Shown: positions 31,787 through 41,589, numbered from the stretch's first letter. The stretch: 64,000 nt of DNA from Deferribacterales bacterium (GCA_050253075.1 JBFWJS010000002.1:64001-128000), one strand, 5' to 3'. Numbers and translations are program-made. The notes: generated by a model not told the origin, from the letters alone.

Positions 31787-33181
31787 ATGAGAAATATTCT
31801 ATTTTTAATATTAATGATAGTTACAGTGGCTTTTGCCGTATCCTGCAATGTTCAGAACTCTGCTGAAAAGGATGGGAGTGCTAAAACCGTCAGCGAAAAA
31901 CAGGAAAAAGGCAGTGTCGAAACACCTAAGATATTCACTAAGATAATTGGAAATGACAACAGTGATATCATGAGCAGGCTCAACGAGATGCAAAGCCAGC
32001 TGAATGAAAGGATCGGCGGGATAAACCTCAGCGTGGACAATACTCAGGTGCTCGAAAAGATCGATGGTCTGAAAGCCGACTACGATGCGCAGATATCCGC
32101 ACTCGATGCAAAGCTCACAGCGAGCGATGCAAAGCGCAAAGAGCAGTTTTACCAGATACTGGTCGCTATACTTTCAGCTACAATAGCTATTTTAGCCATA
32201 ATGCTCATCACTTACCGCTATATTAAAAAGTTTATAGCAGAAAGCATGATCATATCCTCATATAAATCAGGCAAATCTGAGCCTGCACCGGAGATAAAAG
32301 TAGGTGAGTCAGAGTCTAACACAGTATTAGACACAGTAAATGCCTCCGCTAATGCCCTGAATACTAAGATCAAAGAGGCTTCATTCCTCTTCGACCCTGA
32401 AAAGGCAGTTAAGCTCACAGGTGCTCAGAAAACAGCCCTCACAGAAATAAACGCAGAAGTATCATTCCTGAAAAAAGCAGGTTTCGAGCTTTCATCTAAG
32501 CACGAATACCTCATCGCTCTGGAAAAAGTGAATGATAAGAACTATTCCGAAGCATCAAACATACTGGATAAGATAAAAGAAGACGAAGAGCCATACGCTC
32601 CTGCATTCTTCCTCTCCGGATATATAGCATATGTTTCCCGCAAGTATGACTCCGCCATAGTCAGCCTCGAAAAGGCGTGTGCGCTGGAGCCTGAAAATGC
32701 AGCATACCTTGTCAGCTACGGCAATGCCTGTCTGAAAGAAAAGAAATATGACGAAGCCGCAACAGCACTTAAGAAAGCCGTGGAGATAAACTCTGACGAC
32801 GCTTCCGCATGGAACAACCTCGCACATGCCTATATCGTTTCCGAAAAGATGACAGAGGCTGTCGAAGCATTTAAGAAAGCCACAGAAATAAAGCCTGACT
32901 TCCACGAAGCCCTGCACAACCTCGGACTCGCCCTGGGCAAGCTCGAGCGTTACGAAGAGGCAGCAGACGCCTTTACAAAAGCTATCGCAGCAAAGGAAGA
33001 CAAGCACGAGTCGATGTATAATGCGGCATGTGTTTTCGCCCTGATAGGCAAAAGAGATGGAGCACTCAGCAACCTTAAAAAGGCCATCGAGCTCCAGCCC
33101 GAATACGCAGCGAAGGCTAAAAAGGATAAAGACTTCTCATCTTTCAAAGATGACGAGGAATTCCAGACTATCGTTAAATAA
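31787..33181 (+). CDS. TPR-repeat membrane lipoprotein
   Basis: Lipobox-like AVSC, coiled coil, internal TM helix, several TPRs (AWNNLA, ALHNLG, MYNAAC). Confidence 0.85.
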   Translation: MRNILFLILMIVTVAFAVSCNVQNSAEKDGSAKTVSEKQEKGSVETPKIFTKIIGNDNSDIMSRLNEMQSQLNERIGGINLSVDNTQVLEKIDGLKADYDAQISALDAKLTASDAKRKEQFYQILVAILSATIAILAIMLITYRYIKKFIAESMIISSYKSGKSEPAPEIKVGESESNTVLDTVNASANALNTKIKEASFLFDPEKAVKLTGAQKTALTEINAEVSFLKKAGFELSSKHEYLIALEKVNDKNYSEASNILDKIKEDEEPYAPAFFLSGYIAYVSRKYDSAIVSLEKACALEPENAAYLVSYGNACLKEKKYDEAATALKKAVEINSDDASAWNNLAHAYIVSEKMTEAVEAFKKATEIKPDFHEALHNLGLALGKLERYEEAADAFTKAIAAKEDKHESMYNAACVFALIGKRDGALSNLKKAIELQPEYAAKAKKDKDFSSFKDDEEFQTIVK

Positions 33182-33192
33182 AGCCCCTCTTT

Positions 33193-33231
33193 GTCATTGC
33201 GAGGCAGCACGCAGTGCTAACGAAGCAATCT
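33193..33231. repeat. Half copy of CGTC-type element
   Basis: GTCATTGCGAGG...CGAAGCAATCT. Confidence 0.6.
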
Positions 33232-33252
33232 TAGAACTTGTTACAAACTAAC

Positions 33253-33282
33253 GGGCAGGGTTAATCACTCTGCCCTTTTTTA
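33253..33282 (+). terminator. Intrinsic terminator
   Basis: GGGCAGGG-loop-CTCTGCCC plus T-run between convergent genes. Confidence 0.75.
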
Positions 33283-33966
33283 TTCATTCAGGTTGCGGAA
33301 CTTTGCGCCGTATCTGCTGAATATATCTATCACCTGTTCGGCATCATTCATCTCGAGCTCTATGCGGAAGCGTTTATCGAGCCACCTGCCATTCTTAACC
33401 GGGAACTGTATAATGAGGTCGGCGTCGCCCACTCTTTTCATAACATTCTCTACATCAGCCTCAGAAGGCACTTTCCACAGAGTATGCCGAAGCTCAAAAG
33501 GGACGTTATATTCCCTCAAAATATCCAATGTATCGTACAACTTTTCCAGCTTATACCCTGTGCGGGTGATGAAAGCCATATCATCATCGCTGAAAGCCTT
33601 TATGTCCACAGCGACAAGATCGACCAAGTCAGCCTCGCAAACCTTTCTCAGCTTTGAAGGAAGGCTTCCGTTTGTATCCAGCTTTACCTTGACGCCCTCC
33701 TCTTTCAGACCGGAGAGAAACGGCATCAGACCCTCAGAGACAAGGGGCTCACCGCCTGTGACGGCAACCCCCTCAATATCCTTCCCTGTCAGACCGTTCA
33801 TAAAATCATCCAGCCTGCTGGCCCCCGCCTTTCTATTTACAAGGTCAGGGTTGTGGCAATACCTGCAAAGCAGGTTGCACCCGTGGGTGAAGACCACCGA
33901 CGATATCAGCCCGGGATAATCTATCAGGCTGACAGGGACAAAATCAGCAATATGAATATCTTTCAT
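33280..33966 (-). CDS. nrdG: Anaerobic RNR activating radical SAM enzyme
   Basis: SLIDYPG, CNLLCRYCHN, TGGEP, KLDTNG. Confidence 0.93.
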   Translation of the reverse strand: MKDIHIADFVPVSLIDYPGLISSVVFTHGCNLLCRYCHNPDLVNRKAGASRLDDFMNGLTGKDIEGVAVTGGEPLVSEGLMPFLSGLKEEGVKVKLDTNGSLPSKLRKVCEADLVDLVAVDIKAFSDDDMAFITRTGYKLEKLYDTLDILREYNVPFELRHTLWKVPSEADVENVMKRVGDADLIIQFPVKNGRWLDKRFRIELEMNDAEQVIDIFSRYGAKFRNLNE

Positions 33967-34136
33967 CACTTCTTAATGTCGAAAGTTTCCCTGTGGGCAA
34001 ACTCTTCTTTTTTTCCTTTGTTCCAGTGGCTTGTGGGGCTGTGGTATCCGACAACACGGCTGTAGACCTCACACTCTTCGCCTTTCACGTTTTTAAGCTC
34101 TTCTTTCAGCTCTGCGATTCTTTCTGTTTTGCTCAT
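33966..34136 (-). CDS. Stand-alone NrdD glycyl-radical domain (56 aa)
   Basis: Hand translation MSKTERIAELKEELKNVKGEECEVYSRVVGYHSPTSHWNKGKKEEFAHRETFDIKK; AGGAGG 6 nt before ATG; TGA overlaps nrdG ATG. Confidence 0.92.
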   Translation of the reverse strand: MSKTERIAELKEELKNVKGEECEVYSRVVGYHSPTSHWNKGKKEEFAHRETFDIKK

Positions 34137-34137
34137 C

Positions 34138-36177
34138 TTATGCCTCCTGTTTCTGGTTTTCTAATTCTCTCAGCTCTGCCTCTATGGCATTTTTGCGCTC
34201 ATCCGCACAGTGGGGACAATTCGCATGTTCCCCCTTGATGTACCCATGCACCGGGCAAACGGAGAATGTCGGCGTGATCGTCACATACGGAATGGCGTAT
34301 TCGTTTGTTATTTTTTGTAAAAGTTTGCTGACGGTCTTCGGCTCGTCCACAGCTTCACCGAGGAAGACATGGAAAACCGTACCGCCTGTATAAAGTGTCT
34401 GCAGCTCGTTCTGGTGTTTCAGCGCTTTGAAAAGCTCACGGGTCTTTTCAACGGGTATCTGGGTCGAGTTCGTATAATATGGTCTGTCTGCCGAACCCGA
34501 GGTTATGATGCCTTCAAGGTCTTTGATATCACGCTTCGCCAGTCGGAAAGATGTCCCCTCCGCAGGTGTCGCTTCGAGGTTATAGAGCATGTCGTCCTCG
34601 TCCTGATACTCCATCAGCTTATCCCGCATGAAGTTAAGTATCTTCACTGCATACTGATGCCCGTCGTCGTGCATGATATCCACACCGATGAAGTTCTGCA
34701 GTGCCTCGTTCATGCCTATGATGCCGATGGTGTTGAAGTGATTCTTCCAGTACTGATTAAAATTCTCTTTGATACCCGACAGATAATATCTCGCATATGG
34801 ATAAAGCCCGTGGTCTGTCAGCTTTTCTAGGATGTTCCGCTTCACACGCAGGCTCTCCCTGGCGAGGAGCATAAGGTGCTCCAGCCTTGCGAAGAAGTCC
34901 CCTTCACTCTCTGCGACAAACCCTATTCTAGGCAGGTTTATGGTGACAACGCCTATGGAGCCAGTAAGGGGGTTCGCTCCGAAGAGCCCTCCGCCTCGCT
35001 TTCTCAGCTCTCTGTTATCCAGTCTCAGCCTGCAGCACATGCTTCTGGCATCGTCGGGGCTCATGTCGCTGTTAACGAAGTTTGCGAAATAAGGTATGCC
35101 GTACTTCGCCGTTGCGCTCATTATGTCGCCCACTATCTCGTGTTCCCAGTCGAAGTCCTTCGAAACATTATATGTAGGTATGGGGAAAGTGAATATGCGC
35201 CCTTTCGCATCCCCCTCTATCATCACTTCCATAAAGGCTTTGTTCAGCATGAACATCTCATTCTGAAATTCTTTATATGTCTTTTCCTGCGGTTCACCGC
35301 CGATGATAACTGCCTCATCCTGAAACATCTTCGGCACAAAGAGGTCGAGTGTCAGGTTTGTAAAAGGGGTCTGAAAGCCTACTCTGGTAGGTACATTTAT
35401 ATTGAATATAAACTCCTGCAGAGCCTGCTTCACATCGTCGTAAGTCAGCTTATCATAGGCGATGAACGGAGCGAGGAGCGTGTCAAAGCTGGAAAATGCC
35501 TGTGCGCCCGCTGCCTCCCCCTGAAGGGTATAAAAGAAATTTACTATCTGCCCCAGAGCAGAGCGGAAGTGCTTCGGCGGTTTGCTCTCCACCTTCCCCG
35601 CTACACCTCGGAAACCTCTGACCAGCAGGTCTTTCAGATCCCATCCACAGCAATATACTGCGAGCAGACCGAGGTCGTGTATGTGCATCTCTCCGCTGAT
35701 ATGGGCGTCTGCCACATTCTTCGGATACACCTTATTCAGCCAGTACTTTGCCGTTACGGTGGATGATATATAGTTGTTCAGCCCTTGCAGGGCGTATGTC
35801 GTGTTGCTGTTTTCATTGATGCGCCAGTCCTCACCGCCGAGGTAATCCTCGACCATCTCTTCGAATCCCGAGAGGGTGTCTTTTATATCACGCAGGTCTG
35901 AACGCTGTTTGCGGTAAATAATATAGGCTTTGGCTGTCTTTGCGTGCCCTCTTTCGATGAGCACTTTTTCAACCTCGTCCTGAATCTCTTCTACAGAGCA
36001 TGCGCCGTATTTACCATATTTATCAATGATCTGACGACATACGGTTATCGACAGCTCCGATGCGGTATTTCTATCTGTACCGCCGACGGACGAAGCCGCC
36101 TTGAATATGGCGCTGGCTATCCTTTCGTTATCAAACGGAACAAACCGCCCGTCTCTCTTCATGACTTTTTCTATCAT
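34138..36177 (-). CDS. nrdD: Class III ribonucleotide reductase catalytic subunit lacking the C-terminal glycyl-radical segment
   Basis: ATP cone (KRDGR), HIHDL, YCCG, MCCRL, EATPAE, YTGGT, CPVH..CPHC; GGAGG before ATG 36177. Confidence 0.95.
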   Translation of the reverse strand: MIEKVMKRDGRFVPFDNERIASAIFKAASSVGGTDRNTASELSITVCRQIIDKYGKYGACSVEEIQDEVEKVLIERGHAKTAKAYIIYRKQRSDLRDIKDTLSGFEEMVEDYLGGEDWRINENSNTTYALQGLNNYISSTVTAKYWLNKVYPKNVADAHISGEMHIHDLGLLAVYCCGWDLKDLLVRGFRGVAGKVESKPPKHFRSALGQIVNFFYTLQGEAAGAQAFSSFDTLLAPFIAYDKLTYDDVKQALQEFIFNINVPTRVGFQTPFTNLTLDLFVPKMFQDEAVIIGGEPQEKTYKEFQNEMFMLNKAFMEVMIEGDAKGRIFTFPIPTYNVSKDFDWEHEIVGDIMSATAKYGIPYFANFVNSDMSPDDARSMCCRLRLDNRELRKRGGGLFGANPLTGSIGVVTINLPRIGFVAESEGDFFARLEHLMLLARESLRVKRNILEKLTDHGLYPYARYYLSGIKENFNQYWKNHFNTIGIIGMNEALQNFIGVDIMHDDGHQYAVKILNFMRDKLMEYQDEDDMLYNLEATPAEGTSFRLAKRDIKDLEGIITSGSADRPYYTNSTQIPVEKTRELFKALKHQNELQTLYTGGTVFHVFLGEAVDEPKTVSKLLQKITNEYAIPYVTITPTFSVCPVHGYIKGEHANCPHCADERKNAIEAELRELENQKQEA

Positions 36178-36374
36178 GCATACCTCCAAAAATGTGCGCA
36201 AAGATATTGTCAAAATTAGCAAAGGTCTAAACATATAAGTGAGTTGCAGCATAGACACACCAAGAGGGGGCGTATACGCAGCAATACGGCAGTTGCTGAA
36301 TGCTGCAACTATGCTTTGATGATTAAATTGTTATGGATTGAGTAATGATAAGCTCATCCATCCCTCCGCTGGTT

Positions 36375-36530
36375 TATTGCAGGTCAGGTATCCTGGCTTA
36401 CCATCATCCTACTTGCCTCACCTTCCCGTTTTCACAGTGGTTTAAAGAGGCTTTCGTCCGGAATACAGTTGCGGGGGCAGCGTCGGATTTAAACCGAGCT
36501 TCCCTGAATCCTACTTCTGGTATTTTGCTA
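36375..36530 (-). promoter_or_regulatory. Cobalamin riboswitch
   Basis: Minus strand AGGGAA..CGGT..AAATCCG..GCTGCCCCCGCAACTGT..CCACTG..GGGAAGG..AAGCCAGGATACCTG. Confidence 0.93.
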
Positions 36531-36563
36531 TGATAACGGGATAATGTCAACCCGATTCGGGCA

Positions 36564-38045
36564 TTATTTAAGACAGAGCGGGAGGAATGTCAGGGTATTT
36601 CTACCGCTGTTTTTCGAACGGTAGAGAGCTTCATCAGCAGTATCAATGATATTCGACGCTGTGATCTTTCTCTCGCCTACGTATGTGGTGCATCCGACAC
36701 TGGCTGTGACCTTCACAATATCTTCCCCTGCCACGCAAGAGCTCCTGCTTATCTGGTCTCTTATGCGGTCGCCGAAGAGCTCTGCGCCCTTTCTGTCTGT
36801 GTCGGGGAGGAGCACAATGAACTCTTCGCCTCCGTATCTGGCGAAGACGTCCTCACGGCGGAGCATCATTGTCACATGCTCAGTGAAGCACTTCAGCACC
36901 ATGTCGCCTACGCTGTGTCCCCAGCGGTCGTTAACCTGTTTAAAAAAATCGATATCTATCATAAACACTGAAAAAGGCGAACGCTCCATACGGCTGCGTG
37001 CTATGTGATAATTCAGCTTCTCGGCAAAGGCCCGCCTGTTCATCACACCTGTCAGCGGGTCGATCATCGCCTCGGTTTTCAGCTTTTCTTCCGTCTCTTT
37101 CCTGTCGAGAATGTCCACGACAATCCCCGCAAGCATGGTCTGCACGCCCGATGCATCGAAGTGTGCGTTGCCTATTATCTCTACCCATTTATACGCACCG
37201 TCGGACTTCATCACTCGGATATCCTGACGGATGCTTCTGTCTATACGGCTCATGCCTATACGGAAAAAGCGTAAGATCTGCTTTCTTTCACCGGGATGGA
37301 CAATTTTCAGCACGTTCCGAAGGGAATACTCGGCGGAGTGTATATTTGTAAGGGGCACGTCCGCTATGCCCGAGCCGAATTTGATATGCCATGTCTTCAG
37401 ATCGAGAGACCACAGCCCACTCTCTTTTACACTGTTAAGTGCGCTGAACTGCTTCTCCCTCACTGTCATCTGGTTACGCAGGATCATATTCTCCATGATG
37501 AGCCCCGCCATCCTCAGAAACGCTATCTCGGATGCTGTCCACTCACGGGGGTTTACACAGTCGTCATACCCCAGCACGCCCCACCACTCGCCGTTTACAT
37601 AAAGCGGAACGGTCAGCATGGATAATATAGCCTGTGATGCTATATCTTCCTTAAGGAAATCTGCTCCTAGCCTGTCCGTTACGATGCTCTGCCACTCCCC
37701 ACGCTGACGGCTCTCCATCAGCCTGCGATAGTTGCCCTCGCCCAAAGGATTAGTAAACATATTAAATTTCGACAGACCAAGCTGGATATACTTAGGGTCG
37801 GACGCCCATTCGAAGATATAGTCCTGTGTGATGTGTTCGTCGGTGAGGTTCATAAGCTGGAAGACCCAAACCCTGCTCACATCGAAATGCTCGCCCAGAG
37901 TTTTAAGCAGGACATTCACGCCGTCCGGCCAGACCTCGCCTGTCATCAGGCTTTCAGCACATGACGCAAGTTCAGTAAGAAACTGGATATCCTTAGCTTC
38001 TGATTCGATATTTAGATTTTTGAGTTTCCCGCATTTGAATCCCAT
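36564..38045 (-). CDS. GAF-PAS-GGDEF diguanylate cyclase
   Basis: DPLTG, DIDFFK, RRED I-site, GGEEF; N-terminal GAF (SMLTVP..WWGVLGYDD). Confidence 0.92.
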   Translation of the reverse strand: MGFKCGKLKNLNIESEAKDIQFLTELASCAESLMTGEVWPDGVNVLLKTLGEHFDVSRVWVFQLMNLTDEHITQDYIFEWASDPKYIQLGLSKFNMFTNPLGEGNYRRLMESRQRGEWQSIVTDRLGADFLKEDIASQAILSMLTVPLYVNGEWWGVLGYDDCVNPREWTASEIAFLRMAGLIMENMILRNQMTVREKQFSALNSVKESGLWSLDLKTWHIKFGSGIADVPLTNIHSAEYSLRNVLKIVHPGERKQILRFFRIGMSRIDRSIRQDIRVMKSDGAYKWVEIIGNAHFDASGVQTMLAGIVVDILDRKETEEKLKTEAMIDPLTGVMNRRAFAEKLNYHIARSRMERSPFSVFMIDIDFFKQVNDRWGHSVGDMVLKCFTEHVTMMLRREDVFARYGGEEFIVLLPDTDRKGAELFGDRIRDQISRSSCVAGEDIVKVTASVGCTTYVGERKITASNIIDTADEALYRSKNSGRNTLTFLPLCLK

Positions 38046-38110
38046 CAGCTAATATAGCAACTGAATATGAAACAAGGCAAGTTCAGATTATGGTAGGTAA
38101 ATGCAGAAAA

Positions 38111-39085
38111 TTACAAACGTTTAAAAAGGTCAAGGAGCCTCTTTGATGCGGTTGAAGGAGTTGTTAGCCCCTGTACGACAGCTTCCTGAATCTGCGGAAG
38201 CATCGCCTGAACATTCTTGTTGTTAACAAACATGTCTTTCAGATCGTCCATGACCATAGTCCACAGCCAGTCCACAGACTGCTTCTTACGCTTTTCTGCA
38301 AACTCTCCGCTCTCGGTCAGCTTTTCCCTGTATTCACAGACCATATCCCACACGGCATCTATCCCTTCGTGATAAAGCGCACTGGTGAGCAGGACGGGCA
38401 CTATCCAGTTCTTAGACTTCGGACGGAGGATATGCAGAGCATTGATATACTGCCCCTTCGCCAGCTCGGCCTTTGGTCTGTTGTCCCCTTCGGCTTTGTT
38501 TATGACTATTGCGTCGGCTATCTCCATAACGCCTTTTTTGATCCCCTGCAGTTCGTCGCCCGCATTGGCAAGCTGTAAAAGCATGAAGAAATCAACCATA
38601 GACGCCACGGTTATCTCCGACTGACCGACACCGACAGTCTCCACAAGTATCACATCATACCCCGCCGCTTCGCAGAGGAGCATTGTCTCTCGTGTCTTTT
38701 TCGCCACACCGCCGAGGGTCTTGCCCGCAGGGGAAGGACGTATAAAGGCATTCTCGTCTCTGGACAGGTCTTCCATACGGGTCTTATCCCCGAGGATAGA
38801 TCCCCCCGTAAGCTGAGACGAAGGATCGACAGCCAGCACGGCGACCTTATAGCCTTTTGCTGTTAGAGATTTACCGAAAGACTCGATGAATGTTGATTTC
38901 CCTACACCGGGGACCCCTGAGATACCTATACGGATGGACTTACCCGTATGGGGGAGTATCTTATCCAGAAGCTGCGAGGCGGCCTCGTGATGCTCCGGAT
39001 TTGAGCTTTCGATAAGTGTGATGGCTCTTGATAAGGGGCGAAGTTTCCCCTGTAAGAGCCCTTCGGCAATCTTGTCTGTGTCCAT
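38111..39085 (-). CDS. meaB: Methylmalonyl-CoA mutase-associated GTPase
   Basis: GVPGVGKS, AVDPSS, GDKTRM, ETVGVGQSE. Confidence 0.96.
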   Translation of the reverse strand: MDTDKIAEGLLQGKLRPLSRAITLIESSNPEHHEAASQLLDKILPHTGKSIRIGISGVPGVGKSTFIESFGKSLTAKGYKVAVLAVDPSSQLTGGSILGDKTRMEDLSRDENAFIRPSPAGKTLGGVAKKTRETMLLCEAAGYDVILVETVGVGQSEITVASMVDFFMLLQLANAGDELQGIKKGVMEIADAIVINKAEGDNRPKAELAKGQYINALHILRPKSKNWIVPVLLTSALYHEGIDAVWDMVCEYREKLTESGEFAEKRKKQSVDWLWTMVMDDLKDMFVNNKNVQAMLPQIQEAVVQGLTTPSTASKRLLDLFKRL

Positions 39086-39158
39086 AGTATCCTTTAAAAA
39101 CAAAATCCCCCTCAGTCCCCCTTAAAGCAAGGGGGAAGAGAGGGAATATTATAAATTT

Positions 39159-39220
39159 CGTCATTCTGAGCATAGTGAATAATCTGACAGCGCAGATCCT
39201 TCGCAAAAGCTCAGGATGAC
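39159..39220. repeat. CGTC-type palindromic element
   Basis: CGTCATTCTGAGC...GCTCAGGATGAC. Confidence 0.72.
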
Positions 39221-39222
39221 AA

Positions 39223-41364
39223 TTATTTTTTCGCTTTGATAGCTTCCAGAGTCTTTTTAGCTGACTCTGTGATCGGTGTTCCCGGTCCGAAGACGCACGC
39301 AGCACCTGCGGCATAAAGCTCGTCGTAGTCCTGACGGGGGATAACTCCTCCGCAGACAACCACGATGTCCTCAGCATCGAGCTTTTTCAGCTCCTGTACC
39401 AGCTGAGGGATTAGAGTCTTATGACCGGCGGCCAGTGAAGATACGCCCACTACATGCACGTCGTTCTCCACAGCCATCTTCGCAGCCTCTTCAGGTGTCT
39501 GGAAGAGCGGGCCTACATCCACATCGAAACCTGCGTCCGCATAAGCAGAGGAAACGACCTTCGCCCCTCTGTCGTGACCGTCCTGTCCCATCTTAGCGAC
39601 GAGGATACGAGGTCTGCGTCCTTCTTTCTTTTCGAATGCTTCTATGTCCGCTTTGAGAGCGTTAAACTCTGCATCATCTTCAAACATTGAACCGTATGCT
39701 CCTGAAACCAGCTTTATCTCTGCTTTGTGTCTGCCGAAGACCTTTTCCATCGCATCGGATATCTCGCCGACGGATGCTCTCAGTCTTGCGGCTCTTACAC
39801 AGAATTCGAGCAGGTTGTCGCTGTTATTCTCACACGCCTTTGTGATGTCGTCCAGAGCTTTCCGGCATGCTGCCTCGTCTCTGTCAGCTTTCATCTTATC
39901 AAGGCGTCTGATCTGTGATTCACGCACGGCTGTGTTGTCGATGTCGAGAACCTCGATAGGGTCTTCCTTCGCCAGCTTGTATTTGTTTACGCCGACGATG
40001 ACATCTTTACCGCTGTCGATAGCCGCCTGTTTTTTCGCTGCTGATTCTTCGATCTTCAGCTTAGGCATGCCTGATTCGATAGCTTTTGTCATACCGCCCA
40101 TCTTCTGAATCTCTTTGATCTCCTCACGAGCTTTGTCGATGAGAGCCTGTGTGAGAGACTCGATGTAGTATGAACCGCCCATAGGGTCTACGACCTTCGT
40201 AATGCCTGTCTCCTCCTGTATCACGAGCTGAGTATTACGCGCGATACGTGCGGAGTGGTCTGTCGGCAGTGCGATAGCCTCGTCAAGGGCGTTTGTATGG
40301 AGTGACTGTGTACCGCCGAGAACGGCAGCCATAGCCTCTATTGTTGTTCTGATAACGTTGTTGTACGGGTCCTGCTCTGTGAGAGACCAGCCAGATGTCT
40401 GGCAGTGTGTACGCAGAGCCTTGCTCATAGGGTTCTTCGGTTTGAACTCTTCCATCAGCTCAGCCCAGAGGAAACGTGCCGCTCTCAGCTTTGCTATCTC
40501 CATGAAGAAGTTCATGCCTATGGCGAAGAAGAATGAAAGGCGCGGAGCAAAGGAGTCTATGTCGAGACCTTTCTCTACCGCAGCTTTAACATATTCCAGA
40601 CCGTCAGCCAGCGTGAATGCAAGCTCAAGCACGTTGTTCGCACCCGCCTCCTGAATGTGGTACCCGGAGATGGATATGGAGTTGAACTTAGGCATATATT
40701 TACTGGTGTATTCTATAATGTCGGAGATTATTCTCATAGAAGGTGCAGGTGGATAGATGTATGTGTTTCTAACCATGAACTCTTTCAGGATGTCGTTCTG
40801 GATGGTTCCTGCGAGCTTCTCCTGAGGCACACCCTGCTCTTCCGCAGCGACTATATACATAGCCATAACGGGGAGCACGGCTCCGTTCATCGTCATAGAA
40901 ACAGAAACATCGCCCAGCGGAATCTCGTCGAAGAGTATCTTCATATCCTCGACAGAATCGATGGCAACGCCTGCCTTACCAACGTCTCCCACTACCCTCG
41001 GGTGGTCGGAGTCGTATCCTCTGTGTGTGGCGAGGTCGAATGCTACGGAAAGCCCCTGCTGACCGGCCGCCAGATTTCTTTTGTAAAATGCGTTGGACTC
41101 CTCCGCAGTGGAGAATCCCGCATACTGTCTGACTGTCCACGGACGTCCCGCATACATGCTGGCTCTCGGGCCTCTCATGTATGGAGCAAATCCGGGGAGA
41201 GTATTGATATTTTCAAGTTTCTCAAGGTCTTCAAGAGTGTACAGAGGCTTAACATTTATCCCCTCGGCTGTCGCCCACTGGAGCTTATCAATGTTTTCCT
41301 GCTTTATCTCTTTAGCTGCTTGACGCTCCCACTCCTGAATGGTCTTCTTTTCGTAATTCGCCAT
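39223..41364 (-). CDS. scpA: Methylmalonyl-CoA mutase (AdoCbl)
   Basis: [25 protein letters not shown]12-binding motif. Confidence 0.97.
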   Translation of the reverse strand: MANYEKKTIQEWERQAAKEIKQENIDKLQWATAEGINVKPLYTLEDLEKLENINTLPGFAPYMRGPRASMYAGRPWTVRQYAGFSTAEESNAFYKRNLAAGQQGLSVAFDLATHRGYDSDHPRVVGDVGKAGVAIDSVEDMKILFDEIPLGDVSVSMTMNGAVLPVMAMYIVAAEEQGVPQEKLAGTIQNDILKEFMVRNTYIYPPAPSMRIISDIIEYTSKYMPKFNSISISGYHIQEAGANNVLELAFTLADGLEYVKAAVEKGLDIDSFAPRLSFFFAIGMNFFMEIAKLRAARFLWAELMEEFKPKNPMSKALRTHCQTSGWSLTEQDPYNNVIRTTIEAMAAVLGGTQSLHTNALDEAIALPTDHSARIARNTQLVIQEETGITKVVDPMGGSYYIESLTQALIDKAREEIKEIQKMGGMTKAIESGMPKLKIEESAAKKQAAIDSGKDVIVGVNKYKLAKEDPIEVLDIDNTAVRESQIRRLDKMKADRDEAACRKALDDITKACENNSDNLLEFCVRAARLRASVGEISDAMEKVFGRHKAEIKLVSGAYGSMFEDDAEFNALKADIEAFEKKEGRRPRILVAKMGQDGHDRGAKVVSSAYADAGFDVDVGPLFQTPEEAAKMAVENDVHVVGVSSLAAGHKTLIPQLVQELKKLDAEDIVVVCGGVIPRQDYDELYAAGAACVFGPGTPITESAKKTLEAIKAKK

Positions 41365-41544
41365 TCCTCACCTCATGGCTAGCAGCCATAGGCACATCAC
41401 CACACTGTAAACGCTGTTTAAACTGTCACGCTTTACGGCTCACGATGCTCGCCTAATATGCTAGTAAAAATATATGAACAGGATGTATGGTGAACCATAC
41501 TGCAAACTATCCTGTTTACTTTTAGTATACTACAAAGAAACGTT

Positions 41545-41572
41545 AAAAAAAGAGGGGAACTCAGTTCCCCTC
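41545..41572 (-). terminator. Intrinsic terminator after carboxylase operon
   Basis: Minus strand GAGGGGAAC-TGA-GTTCCCCTC followed by T-run. Confidence 0.8.
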
Positions 41573-41589
41573 GGGTTCGATCGACAAAA

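Noticed and set aside
34130..34145. nrdD pseudogene or simple frameshift
   Set aside because: Downstream part has its own SD and ATG and is coupled to nrdG; all motifs are intact; helical extensions on both sides.
36195..36245. NrdR boxes upstream of nrdD
   Set aside because: Two ATAT-centred sites match only partly and their spacing (about 29 bp) is unconvincing.
36178..36258. N-terminal extension of NrdD in the ORF track
   Set aside because: GGAGG precedes ATG 36177, where the ATP cone begins.
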